Origin: Minisyncoccota bacterium
Lineage (GTDB): Bacteria > Patescibacteriota > Minisyncoccia > Phycocordibacterales > UBA1006
Length of the DNA stretch: 64,000 bases
Direction: 5' to 3'
Assembly (NCBI GenBank): GCA_028697455.1
Contig: JAQVEZ010000001.1
Coordinates: 3,902-67,901 of the forward strand
The stretch's first letter is position 1; each line of letters starts with the position of its first letter. The position numbers were made by a program, and so were the translations under genes. Positions 8,181-17,670 of this stretch are shown here, one piece after another. Below the pieces are notes generated by a model. The model saw only the letters and a list, made by a program, of their open reading frames with translations. It ran no database searches and was not told where the DNA came from.

Positions 8181-10622
8181 ATGAATTCAGAACACAGAAA
8201 AAACATCATACCAATCAACATCAGCAAGGAGATGAAAGAGTCATTCATTGCTTATTCAATGAGCGTGATTACTTCCCGAGCGCTTCCTGATGTTCGAGAC
8301 GGACTTAAGCCCGTTCATCGAAGGATTCTTTTTGCCATGAATGATATTGGACTTACTGCATCAGCTCGTTTCAAAAAATCTGCGACAATTATCGGAGATG
8401 TTTTGGGAAAATATCACCCACATGGAGATTCTTCTGTGTATGAAGCGATGGTAAACCTTGCTCAAGATTTTTCAACTCGTTATCCGTTGGTTTGGGGACA
8501 AGGAAACTTTGGTTCTATCGATGGAGATGGGGCTGCGGCGTATCGTTATACTGAGGCCAAGATGGCAAAACTTACCGGGGAAATGCTCCGTGATATTGAA
8601 AAAGATACTGTTGATTTTGTCTCAAACTATGACGACACCAGAAAAGAACCGACGGTTTTACCAACAGCAATTCCTTCATTGCTCCTCAATGGAGGGCTTG
8701 GAATTGCCGTTGGGATGGCGACAAATATTCCACCCCACAATTTGTCCGAGGTTATTGATGCGACAATAACTCTTATTGACAATCCTCGTGCTACGGTTGA
8801 AGATCTTTTGGTTCATGTAAAGGGACCAGATTTTCCGCTTGGAGGAATTGCTTATAATGTTAATGACATCAAGGAGGCGTATTCTACAGGAAGAGGAAAA
8901 GTAACGGTTCGAGGTGAGGTTGAGGTTGTTGAAACTTCTTCAGGAAAGAGTCAGATTATTATTAGTTCTATTCCATACCGAGTGAACAAAGCCAATTTGA
9001 TTATCAAGATCGCCGACCTCGTTCGAAACAAAAAAATTAAAGGAATCAAATCAATTCGTGACGAATCAACGAGTGATATTCGTGTGGTTATTGATATAAA
9101 ATCAGGGGGACAGCCAAAACGAATTCTTAATAATCTTTATAAAAATACCGATCTTCAGCAAAATTTTAATTACAACATGGTGGCGTTGGTGGATGGTATT
9201 CCATATACTTTGGGGCTTAAAGATATTATTGAGCACTTTATTAAACACCGTCAGGAGGTTGTTCGACGAAGGCTTGAGTTTGATTTAAGAAAGGCTGAAG
9301 CGCGAGCTCACATTTTGGAAGGTCTCAATAAGGCACTCGACCATATTGATGAAGTTATTGCCCTTATTAAAAAATCAAAAGATACTGGAGATGCAAGGGT
9401 AAAACTTATGAAAAAGTTTACTTTTTCTGAAATCCAAGCGAATGCTATTCTCGATATGAAACTTCAAAAGCTCGCTGGACTCGAGAGAAAGAAAATTGAA
9501 GATGAGCTCAGGGAGATTCTTAAATACATCAAAGAGCTCAAAGCCCTTCTCAAGAGCCAAGAAAAAATGCTTGCTCTTATCAAGGAAGAGCTCGTTGATA
9601 TCAAGGCAAAATATGGTGACGAGCGACGAACAAAGATTGTTTCTGGGGCAATAAACTCAATTAGAGAGGAAGACCTTATTCCTCAAAAGGAATATGCTCT
9701 CGTTCTTACCGAAAATGGTTACCTCAAGAGAACTGATCCCGAAGAATATAAAACTCAAAAAAGAGGAGGAATTGGTGTTATTGATCTCGATACCAAGGAT
9801 GAGGATATTGTTTCTCACTTTATTCTCAGCAACTCTCATAGTGATATTCTTTTCTTTTCAGACCAAGGAAAAGTGTATCAAACAAAAATGTATGAGCTTC
9901 CAGAAGGAAAGCGATCAACCAAAGGAAAGTCGATTAAAAACTTTCTTCCGCTTGAAGGAGAGGAAAAGATTACTTCAATCCTTTCTGTACCAAAAGGGAA
10001 AGAGCTCGAATCATATAGTTTATTCTTTATGACCAAAAAAGGAGTTTCAAAAAGAGTTCGTGCTGATGCCTTCAAGGCGGTTCGTTCTAATGGTTTGATT
10101 GCCTTGAGCCTGAAAGACGGTGATGAGCTCTTGTCAGTTTCTCTTGTTGAAGAAAAAGATGAAGTCATTGCTGTGAGTTCACAAGGAAAATCCATACGAT
10201 TCCTTGCCTCAGATGTTCGTTCAATGGGAAGAGCCGCAACAGGAATAAAGGGAATGACGCTGGCTCAAGATGACTTTGTTGTGGGACTTGGTGTTATCAA
10301 AAGTCAAATAAATGAAAAAGAACTTGAGCTTCTTGTTCTTTCTGAAAATGGATACGGTAAGAAAACAGTTCTTCATGAATATAAAATTCAGAAAAGAGGT
10401 GGATCTGGTATTAAAACCTTTAATCTTAATAAAAAGACCGGTTTGATTATTGGTGCGAAGATTGTTCATGAATCAGTACAAGAGCTTATTGCCATATCAC
10501 AGCGATCTCAGGTTATTCGAACAGAACTCAAGTCTATCCCAAGTCTTGGAAGAGCTACTCAGGGGGTGAAAGTGATGAAGCTCAAAGAAGGGGATTCAGT
10601 TGCATCTCTCATTCTTATTTAA
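8181..10622 (+). CDS. gyrA: DNA gyrase subunit A
   Basis: [30 protein letters not shown] with active-site Tyr region; C-terminal beta-pinwheel repeats. Confidence 0.92.
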   Translation: MNSEHRKNIIPINISKEMKESFIAYSMSVITSRALPDVRDGLKPVHRRILFAMNDIGLTASARFKKSATIIGDVLGKYHPHGDSSVYEAMVNLAQDFSTRYPLVWGQGNFGSIDGDGAAAYRYTEAKMAKLTGEMLRDIEKDTVDFVSNYDDTRKEPTVLPTAIPSLLLNGGLGIAVGMATNIPPHNLSEVIDATITLIDNPRATVEDLLVHVKGPDFPLGGIAYNVNDIKEAYSTGRGKVTVRGEVEVVETSSGKSQIIISSIPYRVNKANLIIKIADLVRNKKIKGIKSIRDESTSDIRVVIDIKSGGQPKRILNNLYKNTDLQQNFNYNMVALVDGIPYTLGLKDIIEHFIKHRQEVVRRRLEFDLRKAEARAHILEGLNKALDHIDEVIALIKKSKDTGDARVKLMKKFTFSEIQANAILDMKLQKLAGLERKKIEDELREILKYIKELKALLKSQEKMLALIKEELVDIKAKYGDERRTKIVSGAINSIREEDLIPQKEYALVLTENGYLKRTDPEEYKTQKRGGIGVIDLDTKDEDIVSHFILSNSHSDILFFSDQGKVYQTKMYELPEGKRSTKGKSIKNFLPLEGEEKITSILSVPKGKELESYSLFFMTKKGVSKRVRADAFKAVRSNGLIALSLKDGDELLSVSLVEEKDEVIAVSSQGKSIRFLASDVRSMGRAATGIKGMTLAQDDFVVGLGVIKSQINEKELELLVLSENGYGKKTVLHEYKIQKRGGSGIKTFNLNKKTGLIIGAKIVHESVQELIAISQRSQVIRTELKSIPSLGRATQGVKVMKLKEGDSVASLILI

Positions 10623-10625
10623 TGT

Positions 10626-10662
10626 AACAAAAAACAACCTTTGGTTGTTTTTTGTTTAGTTT
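10626..10662 (+). terminator. Rho-independent terminator after gyrA
   Basis: aacaacc-tttg-gttgtt followed by TTTTGTTT. Confidence 0.5.
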
Positions 10663-10683
10663 TAATTTTGCTATACTAGAGCT

Positions 10684-11232
10684 ATGGATGATTATTCAGG
10701 ACCTAAATTAATTATTAGCCAGTTAGATATTTTTCCTGGACAAGATGTTGTAGACCTTGGTACGGGAGCAGGAGCATATGCTTTTGTATTGGCGGAAAAA
10801 CTTCTTGGAGGGGGAAATAGCTCAAGGGTTTTTGCTATTGATGTTCAAAAGAATCTTCTCGAGAAAATACAGACAGAGGCAGAGTTGAAGGGCTTTTATA
10901 ACCTTAAAACTATTTGGGGAGATATAGAAGCTCATGAAGGAACACGACTTAGAGACAACTCTATTGACTGGGTTTTTTTGGCGAACACCCTTTTTCAGGC
11001 AGAAGATAAAAATGCTCTTCTCAGAGAAGCACTCCGCATTGTGAGACCAGGGGGGAGATTTGTTCTCATTGACTGGAGCTCAGGTTTAGGACAAGGAGCT
11101 ATTGGCCCAAGCTCTGTTCAAGTTATCCCAGAAAATGAGGCAAAGACAATGTGTGAGAATGTAGGGTTTGAGTTTATAAAAACACTCTCGGCAGGAGAAC
11201 ATCATTATTGTCTTGTCTTTAAGAAAAATTAA
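10684..11232 (+). CDS. Class I SAM-dependent methyltransferase
   Basis: Motif I VVDLGTGAGAYAFVLAEK and a downstream acidic-loop motif. An extended -10 (TGCTATACT) lies 6 nt before the ATG. Confidence 0.7.
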   Translation: MDDYSGPKLIISQLDIFPGQDVVDLGTGAGAYAFVLAEKLLGGGNSSRVFAIDVQKNLLEKIQTEAELKGFYNLKTIWGDIEAHEGTRLRDNSIDWVFLANTLFQAEDKNALLREALRIVRPGGRFVLIDWSSGLGQGAIGPSSVQVIPENEAKTMCENVGFEFIKTLSAGEHHYCLVFKKN

Positions 11233-11237
11233 TTTTT

Positions 11238-12596
11238 ATGAAAGAAATTTTAACTATAAAGAATATTATTATTGCTCTTTTTGCTCTTTTTGCAATTGTT
11301 GCTTTTCTTATCTTTTCTGGATTCATTAAAGTGGGGAAATCAGCGCAACAAGCTCGAGGGTCGGTTGTTGTGTGGGGGACGATCCCTTTTTCAGTTATGC
11401 AACCATATATTGATAAAATTCAAGACACGCATCTTACGGTAACGTATTCTGAAAAGAAAGAGGCAACCTATGAGTCAGAACTTATTAATGCTTTTGCTTC
11501 CGGAACAGGGCCTGATTTGTTTATTATGTCCCACGAAGCTATTTTGAGGAATAGTGACAAGGTTTTTGAAGTTCCATATACCTCTTTCCGAAAAGATATC
11601 TACGAGAATTCGTATATTTCGGAAGCTCGTCTTTTTTTGACAGAGACAGGGATACTCGCGTTTCCTCTTTTTGTTGATCCTTTGGTTATGTATTACAATA
11701 AGCCATTGATTGCATCATATTCACCAACCTTTTCTCTTAGACTACCTCAATACTGGTCAGAGTTTCAGGAGTTTGCGCGAGAGGTGACACAATATAACGA
11801 AACGGGGGAGGTTATTATTTCAGCTGTTGGTCTCGGGACTTTTGATAATATTCTTCATGCAAAAGATATTCTTGCAACTCTTTTTATTCAAAATGGAAAT
11901 CAGATTGTTGGAACAAACACCACAACAGGAAAAAAGCAATCTGTTTTGACTTTTAATGAAACGGCTCTTGGCCAGTCAGAAGAAATTGTTAATTTCTATA
12001 CTTCTTTTTCACGCTTTGGTTCAACAAACTATTCTTGGAACGAAGCTCTTCTTGATACCCAAAATTCTTTTATTTCAGGGAATCTTGCCGTGTATTTTGG
12101 ACTTGGAAGTGAGGCTGGAGATATTCGTATGAAAAACCCAAATCTTGATTTTGGAGTAATGCGTTTCCCCCAGAAATGTGATCCTTTCACCTCTGGATGT
12201 AATAATTCTTCTGCATATACTTTCGGTGCAATGACAGGAATTGCCGTAAGCAAACATAGCAAGAATCTTCCCGCAGCCCTTGCCGTTGCTTCAAAAGTTG
12301 CCGGAGGAGATATCGTAAAAGGACTTGCAACTGATTTTCAGGTAGCTCCTGCGCGTAAAGATATCCTCTCTTCACTCCTTCAGGAGAGAGCAGGAGATCC
12401 TCTTAATATTCTTCGCTATGAATCAGCAGTTATTGCGACAGGGTGGTTTGACCCAGATAATCGAGAGACTGAAAATATTTTTTCATCTCTTATTCGAAAT
12501 GTTAATTCTTTGGCATTGAGTTCTCGTCAGGCACTCGCCCAAACTCAAGCAGCACTGAACCTCCTTCTTGATAGGACCATTAACCTCAGAGCATAA
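11238..12596 (+). CDS. Extracellular solute-binding protein (ABC transporter SBP family 1-like), membrane-anchored; no permease partner genes in window
   Basis: N-terminal TM anchor followed by GSVVVWGT...LINAFASGTGPDLFIMSHEAI, typical of SBP_bac_1 N-lobes. Confidence 0.5.
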   Translation: MKEILTIKNIIIALFALFAIVAFLIFSGFIKVGKSAQQARGSVVVWGTIPFSVMQPYIDKIQDTHLTVTYSEKKEATYESELINAFASGTGPDLFIMSHEAILRNSDKVFEVPYTSFRKDIYENSYISEARLFLTETGILAFPLFVDPLVMYYNKPLIASYSPTFSLRLPQYWSEFQEFAREVTQYNETGEVIISAVGLGTFDNILHAKDILATLFIQNGNQIVGTNTTTGKKQSVLTFNETALGQSEEIVNFYTSFSRFGSTNYSWNEALLDTQNSFISGNLAVYFGLGSEAGDIRMKNPNLDFGVMRFPQKCDPFTSGCNNSSAYTFGAMTGIAVSKHSKNLPAALAVASKVAGGDIVKGLATDFQVAPARKDILSSLLQERAGDPLNILRYESAVIATGWFDPDNRETENIFSSLIRNVNSLALSSRQALAQTQAALNLLLDRTINLRA

Positions 12597-12613
12597 TCAT
12601 TTTTATCAAAACT

Positions 12614-12656
12614 TACGGAGCCATTTTAGGGCCGTAAGTTTTTCTTTTGCTGCTTG
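12614..12656 (+). terminator. Hairpin terminator (acttacgg...ccgtaagt followed by a T-run)
   Basis: 9-bp inverted repeat with a 14-nt loop followed by TTTTCTTTT. Confidence 0.45.
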
Positions 12657-12679
12657 TTTCGTGATATACTATTTTTAGT

Positions 12680-13639
12680 ATGAATAAGCGTTTTTTTAGA
12701 TATTTTTTTATCCTTTTTCCCCTTGTTTTCTTTGGTATTTTTCAGTGGTCTCCGTCAGAAGCACAGGAGTCAGCTAATGGTGTTAAGGCTCACTGGGGAA
12801 CAGTAGAGTTACAACAAAATAGCAATGGTAATTATACGTATTCTATTAACAGCTCCGGAAATATCACACGGGAGAGTAGCGATACGGTTTATCTCAATGT
12901 ATCAAAAACCTCTGAACAGAACACCGAAGAAGTTTCTTATTACACTCTTTGTAGCTTTGATGCTTCAGCAGGATTGTCGTTTAGTGTTGCATATCCTGCT
13001 TGTGCCAACCCACAGAGTATTCTCAATGTTCAACCAGGATATATTTATAAAATATATTTCTCTGATGGATTAAATTCTTCAAAAATTATTAATAATCTCG
13101 GTGAAGGACAGGGGATTTTTCAACTTCCTTCTGCTCCTGCGTTCGGAGGAGTACAAGAAAATGAACAAAACCCGTTTGGTGGGTTAGAAGGGAAACCAGG
13201 TGGTGATGGGACAACCCAGGCTGAAGAAGAGCAAAACGACCCGATCACCACCACAACCTCTTCCGAAGGAGAAGGTCCTACTACCGCCACAACAACACAA
13301 GAAAGTGATGGAGGGCTCGTTTCTAAGGAATGCGGGTATAACCTTTCTAATGGAGGAAGGATTTGTGGCTTTTCAGATCTCATTGGTCTTCTTGATAGGA
13401 TTATTCAATTTATCTTTATTCTCGCTATCCCTATTGCAGCTCTTGTCTTTGCTTATGCAGGGTTCCTCTACCTTACAAGTGGGGGAAACACTGACAAACA
13501 CAAGAAGGCGGTTAAGGCGATGACTACCGTGGTCAAAGGGATTCTTGTGGTGATGGTTGCGTGGCTCGCTGTCAAAACTATTTTGGTAAGTCTCGGAGCT
13601 TCGCCCGATTCAGCATGGTTTTGGCTTGATGTTAAATAG
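12680..13639 (+). CDS. Secreted protein: ~200-aa Cys-containing extracellular domain, Thr-rich linker, and C-terminal 2-TM TrbC/VirB2-like pilin module
   Basis: Signal peptide MNKRFFRYFFILFPLVFFGIFQWSPSEA. Linker TTTTSSEGEGPTTATTTQ. The C-terminus (IQFIFILAIPIAALVFAYAGFLYLTSGGNTDKHKKAVKAMTTVVKGILVVMVAWLAVKTIL) has the same 2-TM plus basic-loop architecture as the five small paralogs downstream. Confidence 0.55.
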   Translation: MNKRFFRYFFILFPLVFFGIFQWSPSEAQESANGVKAHWGTVELQQNSNGNYTYSINSSGNITRESSDTVYLNVSKTSEQNTEEVSYYTLCSFDASAGLSFSVAYPACANPQSILNVQPGYIYKIYFSDGLNSSKIINNLGEGQGIFQLPSAPAFGGVQENEQNPFGGLEGKPGGDGTTQAEEEQNDPITTTTSSEGEGPTTATTTQESDGGLVSKECGYNLSNGGRICGFSDLIGLLDRIIQFIFILAIPIAALVFAYAGFLYLTSGGNTDKHKKAVKAMTTVVKGILVVMVAWLAVKTILVSLGASPDSAWFWLDVK

Positions 13640-13755
13640 TATATTTATTGCAGATATTTTTGTTTTTATGTTAAAATAAGGATAACTTCTTGTGATAGTT
13701 CTTGATCAAGAAGGTAATAATCGATTATTATTTAATTTTTTAAGTACGAGTTTTT

Positions 13756-14118
13756 ATGAAAAAATTTATTGTTGGAGGAGCAATTTTCTTGACACCTTTT
13801 TTGGCTTTTGCTCAAACAACCTTTGGAACTATCTTAGGAACCATCGGAGGTTTTATTAATGCCCTTATTCCTATTCTCATTGCAGCAGGTCTTGCATTCT
13901 TCATTTATGGAGTTGTTCGATATGTTATTGCAAAAGACGGAGATGATAAGAAAAAAGCAACTGGAATTATTATCAACGGAATCATAGGACTCTTTGTTAT
14001 CCTTTCTATTTGGGGGCTTGTTGGAGTTATTCAGTCAACCTTTGGTATTGGAACAGGAGCAACCCTTAATCAAGATCAAATCCCAGGAGTATGTCTACCA
14101 GGACAACCAGGATGTTAA
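13756..14118 (+). CDS. Small secreted 2-TM pilin-like protein (TrbC/VirB2-like family)
   Basis: Signal peptide MKKFIVGGAIFLTPFLAFA; TM1 ALIPILIAAGLAFFIYGVV; basic loop KDGDDKKKATG; TM2 IIINGIIGLFVILSIWGLVGV. Confidence 0.55.
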   Translation: MKKFIVGGAIFLTPFLAFAQTTFGTILGTIGGFINALIPILIAAGLAFFIYGVVRYVIAKDGDDKKKATGIIINGIIGLFVILSIWGLVGVIQSTFGIGTGATLNQDQIPGVCLPGQPGC

Positions 14119-14160
14119 TCTTATAATAAAATCCTCTCTTTTGAGAGGTTTTTACTTTGC

Positions 14161-14541
14161 TTGATACGTGATATTATAGGGCTATCTATGAAACAGCTTC
14201 TTGAACAATTTACTTCATATTTTACTGTGCCCTATGCGGAAGCAGCCATGTCAGACCTTCATTCTTTTTTAGGAAGACTTAATGATCAGATCATTAACCC
14301 TCTCATCGCTCTTGCCTTTGCTGTTGCTCTTGTTTATTTTGTGACAGGTCTCTTTACTTTTTTTAAAAAAGAAAGTGGATCAGATTCACGAGAAAAAGGG
14401 AAGCGACATATCGTGTGGGGAGTGATTGGTATGGCAGTAATGATTTCTGTTTTTGGGATTATTTCTTTTCTTACAAATACTCTGGGAGTTGGGAATGTTG
14501 ATCCTTCTTCTACAGGAGATATTTCAAGTCTCTTTAATTAA
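14161..14541 (+). CDS. Small 2-TM pilin-like protein paralog (TrbC/VirB2-like)
   Basis: TM1 INPLIALAFAVALVYFVTGLF, basic loop KKESGSDSREKGKRH, TM2 IVWGVIGMAVMISVFGII. Same topology as 13756-14118. Confidence 0.5.
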   Translation: MIRDIIGLSMKQLLEQFTSYFTVPYAEAAMSDLHSFLGRLNDQIINPLIALAFAVALVYFVTGLFTFFKKESGSDSREKGKRHIVWGVIGMAVMISVFGIISFLTNTLGVGNVDPSSTGDISSLFN

Positions 14542-14543
14542 AA

Positions 14544-14578
14544 AAAGCGAGTCACTTAATACGTGCTCGCTTTGTTCT
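14544..14578. terminator. Bidirectional hairpin terminator between convergent genes
   Basis: aagcgag-(14-nt loop)-ctcgctt flanked by A-run and T-run. Confidence 0.45.
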
Positions 14579-14582
14579 TGGA

Positions 14583-15827
14583 TTATTTCTTTTCGAGACT
14601 CTCTTCGAGCTTCTTAATCATCCCTTCTTGATCAGAAGAGGTTTTAAGAAGTTTTGTAAACTCCTTTAAAGACTCTGCTATTTCAGGAGGAATAAGCCCA
14701 TCCCCATTTGGAGTTCCTATAGAGATGATCTTTTCTTCCTGATAAGCATCTGAGAAAAGCTCTGCCACCATCGTCCTTCGGGTCGCTGAGATTTTACCCT
14801 CAGGGTCGATTACCTCAAAAAGTTCCATCTGGGCTTGGTAAATTTTTTGCTTTACCTCCCCAACTTGGGCTATTTTCTTTGCCTCAACTTCTGCTGCAGC
14901 AAAACCTTCAATTTTGGAAGCTTCTGCATCTCCTTCTGCCTTGACAATCCTTGCAGTTTTTTCAACTCCTGCAAGAGCTTTTCTCTTGAGGGAATCTTGG
15001 ACATCCTTTGCGACAAAGAAGGTCTTGATATAGAATCTCCCAGCAATCCCCGCAAAAGGAAATCTAAAAAGAACGCCTGTTTGGTTTTTGTCTTCAAAAA
15101 AGTCAAAACCATTCGAAGTTCTCTCATAGTCTCCACGGGAACCACCTACAGAGACAAAGTCCTCAAGACATTGAAAGTAACTTTTTTCAATTCTGTTTGA
15201 GGCATCCTTGTCTCTAAAAATTTCTTCAAGGGTGTAGTCATCGAAGGTCTTATTTAGAGACTTCAATGACACCTCATGAATAATTTTTTTAAGACCATCT
15301 TCTCCTACGGAAAGAAGGAAGTCAGCGTACTTCCAAGGATCCTCTATGAAATAAGTGAAACCATTGGTACCGTCGACATGGACGCCATCAGAAGTCTTTA
15401 CCTTCTCAAAGGGGTATTCGAGAGGTGTCGGTGTTTTGGTGAACACCCATACATCGAATATCTCAGGGAAGAAGGGAACCTTTGTCAGATTCCTATAGTC
15501 TCCCTCTTTGAGAATCCATGGAAATCTCTGGCTTCCCTTGAGCTCCCCAAGAATTGTAATGATCCCAAAGGAACCGCCTTCAATTTCAAGATAATCTCCA
15601 GCAGAGAAGCTTATCAGAAATAGAACTCCGATGATGCCAAAAATGAACAAAGGATTCATCCCGAAGGCAATCCAGAAGAGGAGACCCAATATTGAGCCTA
15701 CAATTCCAGAAATGATCAGGTGGATCTGAATATTCCACCACAGCACCTTGGAATTCCACAGTGCTGGACTGAGCCCCCGTGCCCTCCCAAAAAGGTTGGG
15801 CAAGAGGTTTTCGAATATTTTTCTCAT
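14583..15827 (-). CDS. SPFH/band-7 (stomatin/prohibitin-like) domain membrane protein
   Basis: N-terminal TMs (IHLIISGIVGSILGLLFWIAF...). C-terminal Ala/Glu-rich segment KDVQDSLKRKALAGVEKTARIVKAEGDAEASKIEGFAAAEVEAKKIAQVGEV typical of SPFH C-terminal coiled coils. The start was moved to the internal MRKIFENL to avoid overlapping the gene upstream; the ORF track extends to 15965. Confidence 0.5.
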   Translation of the reverse strand: MRKIFENLLPNLFGRARGLSPALWNSKVLWWNIQIHLIISGIVGSILGLLFWIAFGMNPLFIFGIIGVLFLISFSAGDYLEIEGGSFGIITILGELKGSQRFPWILKEGDYRNLTKVPFFPEIFDVWVFTKTPTPLEYPFEKVKTSDGVHVDGTNGFTYFIEDPWKYADFLLSVGEDGLKKIIHEVSLKSLNKTFDDYTLEEIFRDKDASNRIEKSYFQCLEDFVSVGGSRGDYERTSNGFDFFEDKNQTGVLFRFPFAGIAGRFYIKTFFVAKDVQDSLKRKALAGVEKTARIVKAEGDAEASKIEGFAAAEVEAKKIAQVGEVKQKIYQAQMELFEVIDPEGKISATRRTMVAELFSDAYQEEKIISIGTPNGDGLIPPEIAESLKEFTKLLKTSSDQEGMIKKLEESLEKK

Positions 15828-15846
15828 TTTTCGTTTTTTAAATATT

Positions 15847-16284
15847 CTACTTTGTGAGAATTCTTTGTTCTCCATACCCGCATCTGATTTCAACCGGTGC
15901 AGTTTCACTGCCCCATACCCAGACACCGGTATCCTCATAGCTGAGAACGTGTCCGTCCGCTTCAAATGGCTTACCCTGTTTTTTGTTTTTGTCAGAGTAA
16001 ATTATCATATTGAGGGTTTCACTTGGGGTATAAAAATCTACCCTTCGTGAGCCCTTTTTTGATCCAAACGGCACAAACTGCCAATCTCCTTTTTGGAGGA
16101 GAACCATGGTAACCATCTCGGAGGAGGCTACAGATCTTTTCTTTTCAGAAGAGTTTCCTCCCCAAAAATAGAAAACCAGGAGTGCCAGCCCAATAAGAAC
16201 CAGTACGATCCATTTTAACGGAAACCCTGCCGTTCCCTTGGAAGAAGTGTTTGCACCGCTTCCTTTTTTAGCTGCTTTTTTCAT
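15847..16284 (-). CDS. Hypothetical membrane-anchored protein
   Basis: Basic N-terminus, then one TM (IVLVLIGLALLVFYFW) and a ~100-aa extracytoplasmic domain. Confidence 0.4.
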   Translation of the reverse strand: MKKAAKKGSGANTSSKGTAGFPLKWIVLVLIGLALLVFYFWGGNSSEKKRSVASSEMVTMVLLQKGDWQFVPFGSKKGSRRVDFYTPSETLNMIIYSDKNKKQGKPFEADGHVLSYEDTGVWVWGSETAPVEIRCGYGEQRILTK

Positions 16285-16382
16285 AGCTCTTTAATTTTTA
16301 AATGTTCACTTTGAATACTATCACATTTTGAAGCTATTGTCAATTTATAAGAGTTCTTAAAGCTGTGATATACTTTTAAGGT

Positions 16383-16808
16383 ATGAATAAATATTTTCTT
16401 GCAAAACTTTACTCATTTTTAATTTTTGCACTTTCTTTTGGCGGAGGGTTAAAAGGTGTTTTTGCTCAGGGGAAATCAGGGACTGATACCCCACCAGGGC
16501 AATCAGGATCTGACACTCCAGAAGGAGTTCCTGGGATGTCGATCAAGCTCGATAACCCTCTTGGAACAACTGACAGTATTCCTATGTTGATCAAGAGACT
16601 CCTTGATGTTGTTTTGACCATTGGGGTTCCTTTAATAGCCTTGGCTATTATTTATGCAGGTTTTCAACTCGTTACTGCTCAAGGGAATACAGAAAAACTT
16701 AAGGTAGCCAAGAGAAACCTTGTCTACGTTGTTATTGGGGCGGGAATTCTTCTTGCAGCTTATGCTATCTCTGAAGTAATCGTTGGGACCGTCACCGCTA
16801 TTCGTTAG
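16383..16808 (+). CDS. Secreted 2-TM pilin-like protein (TrbC/VirB2-like)
   Basis: Signal peptide MNKYFLAKLYSFLIFALSFGGGLKGVFA, Pro/Gly/Thr-rich spacer, TM1 VVLTIGVPLIALAIIYAGFQLV, basic loop QGNTEKLKVAKRN, TM2 LVYVVIGAGILLAAYAI. The start context (tgatatact..aaggtATGAATAAATA) is shared with the two BNR-protein genes. Confidence 0.55.
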   Translation: MNKYFLAKLYSFLIFALSFGGGLKGVFAQGKSGTDTPPGQSGSDTPEGVPGMSIKLDNPLGTTDSIPMLIKRLLDVVLTIGVPLIALAIIYAGFQLVTAQGNTEKLKVAKRNLVYVVIGAGILLAAYAISEVIVGTVTAIR

Positions 16809-16824
16809 CCACACATTAGGAATT

Positions 16825-17175
16825 ATGAACATTTTTAGAAATAAATGGATACTTACTTTGGGGGCTCTTTTGTTACCAAGTTTTGCTCTTGCTGCAACGA
16901 CCTTTAAAAATATTATTTTTTCAACGCTTGATATTATTGGAAATTATTTAATGCCAGTTTTGTTTGCACTTGCCTTGGCTTATTTTATTTGGGGAGTAGC
17001 TGATTTTATTCTATCAGCAAACAATCAAGCCGAACGAGAAGCAGGGAAGACGAGAATTATTTGGGGAATTGTGGCTCTTTTTGCAATGGTTGCGTACCTT
17101 GGACTTGTAAATATTTTTAGTTCAGGGTTCTTTAACACCAGTTCGACCTTACTTCCTCAATTGTTTACCTCTTAA
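16825..17175 (+). CDS. Small 2-TM pilin-like protein paralog
   Basis: AGGA RBS before the internal ATG at ~16825 (MNIFRNKWILTLGALLLPSFALA signal), TM1 MPVLFALALAYFIWGVADFIL, loop NQAEREAGKTR, TM2 IIWGIVALFAMVAYLGLV. Confidence 0.5.
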   Translation: MNIFRNKWILTLGALLLPSFALAATTFKNIIFSTLDIIGNYLMPVLFALALAYFIWGVADFILSANNQAEREAGKTRIIWGIVALFAMVAYLGLVNIFSSGFFNTSSTLLPQLFTS

Positions 17176-17178
17176 ACT

Positions 17179-17529
17179 ATGACATCAAATCTCAAAAAAA
17201 ATATCATTGCGCTTGGTGCAAGTACGTTCCCAGTTTTTTCCTTTGCTCAGGTAGGGCAAAATATAAAATCTTTTCTCTCTTCGATAGGAACTCTTGTTAA
17301 TGCGTATATTATTCCTCTTTTGATTTCACTTGCCCTCCTCTATACCATTCTCTCGGGGGTGAGATTGATTCAGGAATCTGATTCTGCAAAGAAAGGGGAG
17401 AGAAGAACTCAACTATTGTGGGGAATTATAGGACTCTTTATTATCCTTTCTATTTGGGGAATTCTTGCGGTATTTTCAAATACTTTTACTGAAGTCTTTA
17501 TGGGGGGGACCATACAACCTGGAAAATAG
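17179..17529 (+). CDS. Small 2-TM pilin-like protein paralog
   Basis: Signal peptide, TM1 IIPLLISLALLYTILSGV, loop QESDSAKKGERRTQ, TM2 LLWGIIGLFIILSIWGILAV. Very similar to 13756-14118 (shared motif GLFxILSIWG). Confidence 0.55.
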   Translation: MTSNLKKNIIALGASTFPVFSFAQVGQNIKSFLSSIGTLVNAYIIPLLISLALLYTILSGVRLIQESDSAKKGERRTQLLWGIIGLFIILSIWGILAVFSNTFTEVFMGGTIQPGK

Positions 17530-17543
17530 TTTTTTAAAAAACA

Positions 17544-17577
17544 AAACTCGTCTTTGCAACGAGTTTTGTTTTTGATA
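17544..17577 (+). terminator. Rho-independent terminator ending the pilin-like gene array
   Basis: aaaactcgt-ctttgca-acgagtttt followed by GTTTTTG. Confidence 0.5.
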
Positions 17578-17585
17578 CTTTCTTT

Positions 17586-17670
17586 TGGTGCCCAAGAGAG
17601 GACTTGAACCTCCACGCGTTGCCGCACTGGTTCCTAAGACCAGCGTGTCTACCGATTCCACCACCTGGGC
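17586..17670 (-). tRNA. tRNA-Leu (anticodon TAG), long variable arm, CCA encoded
   Basis: Read on the minus strand: GCCCAGGTGGTGGAATCGGTAGACACGCTGGTCTTAGGAACCAGTGCGGCAACGCGTGGAGGTTCAAGTCCTCTCTTGGGCACCA. Cloverleaf with anticodon loop CTTAGGA and T-loop TTCAAGT. Confidence 0.85.

Noticed and set aside
14583-15965. Full 460-aa reading of the SPFH ORF
   Set aside because: The first ~46 codons overlap the upstream minus-strand gene (15847-16284) by 119 nt and contain several internal Met. A start at MRKIFENL (approx 15827) removes the overlap and places the first TM helix near the N-terminus.
12680-17577. Complete type IV secretion / conjugation system
   Set aside because: Only VirB2/TrbC-like pilin candidates are present. 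No VirB4/VirB11/VirD4 ATPases, relaxase or oriT-like sequences occur in the window, so calling it a T4SS is not supported.
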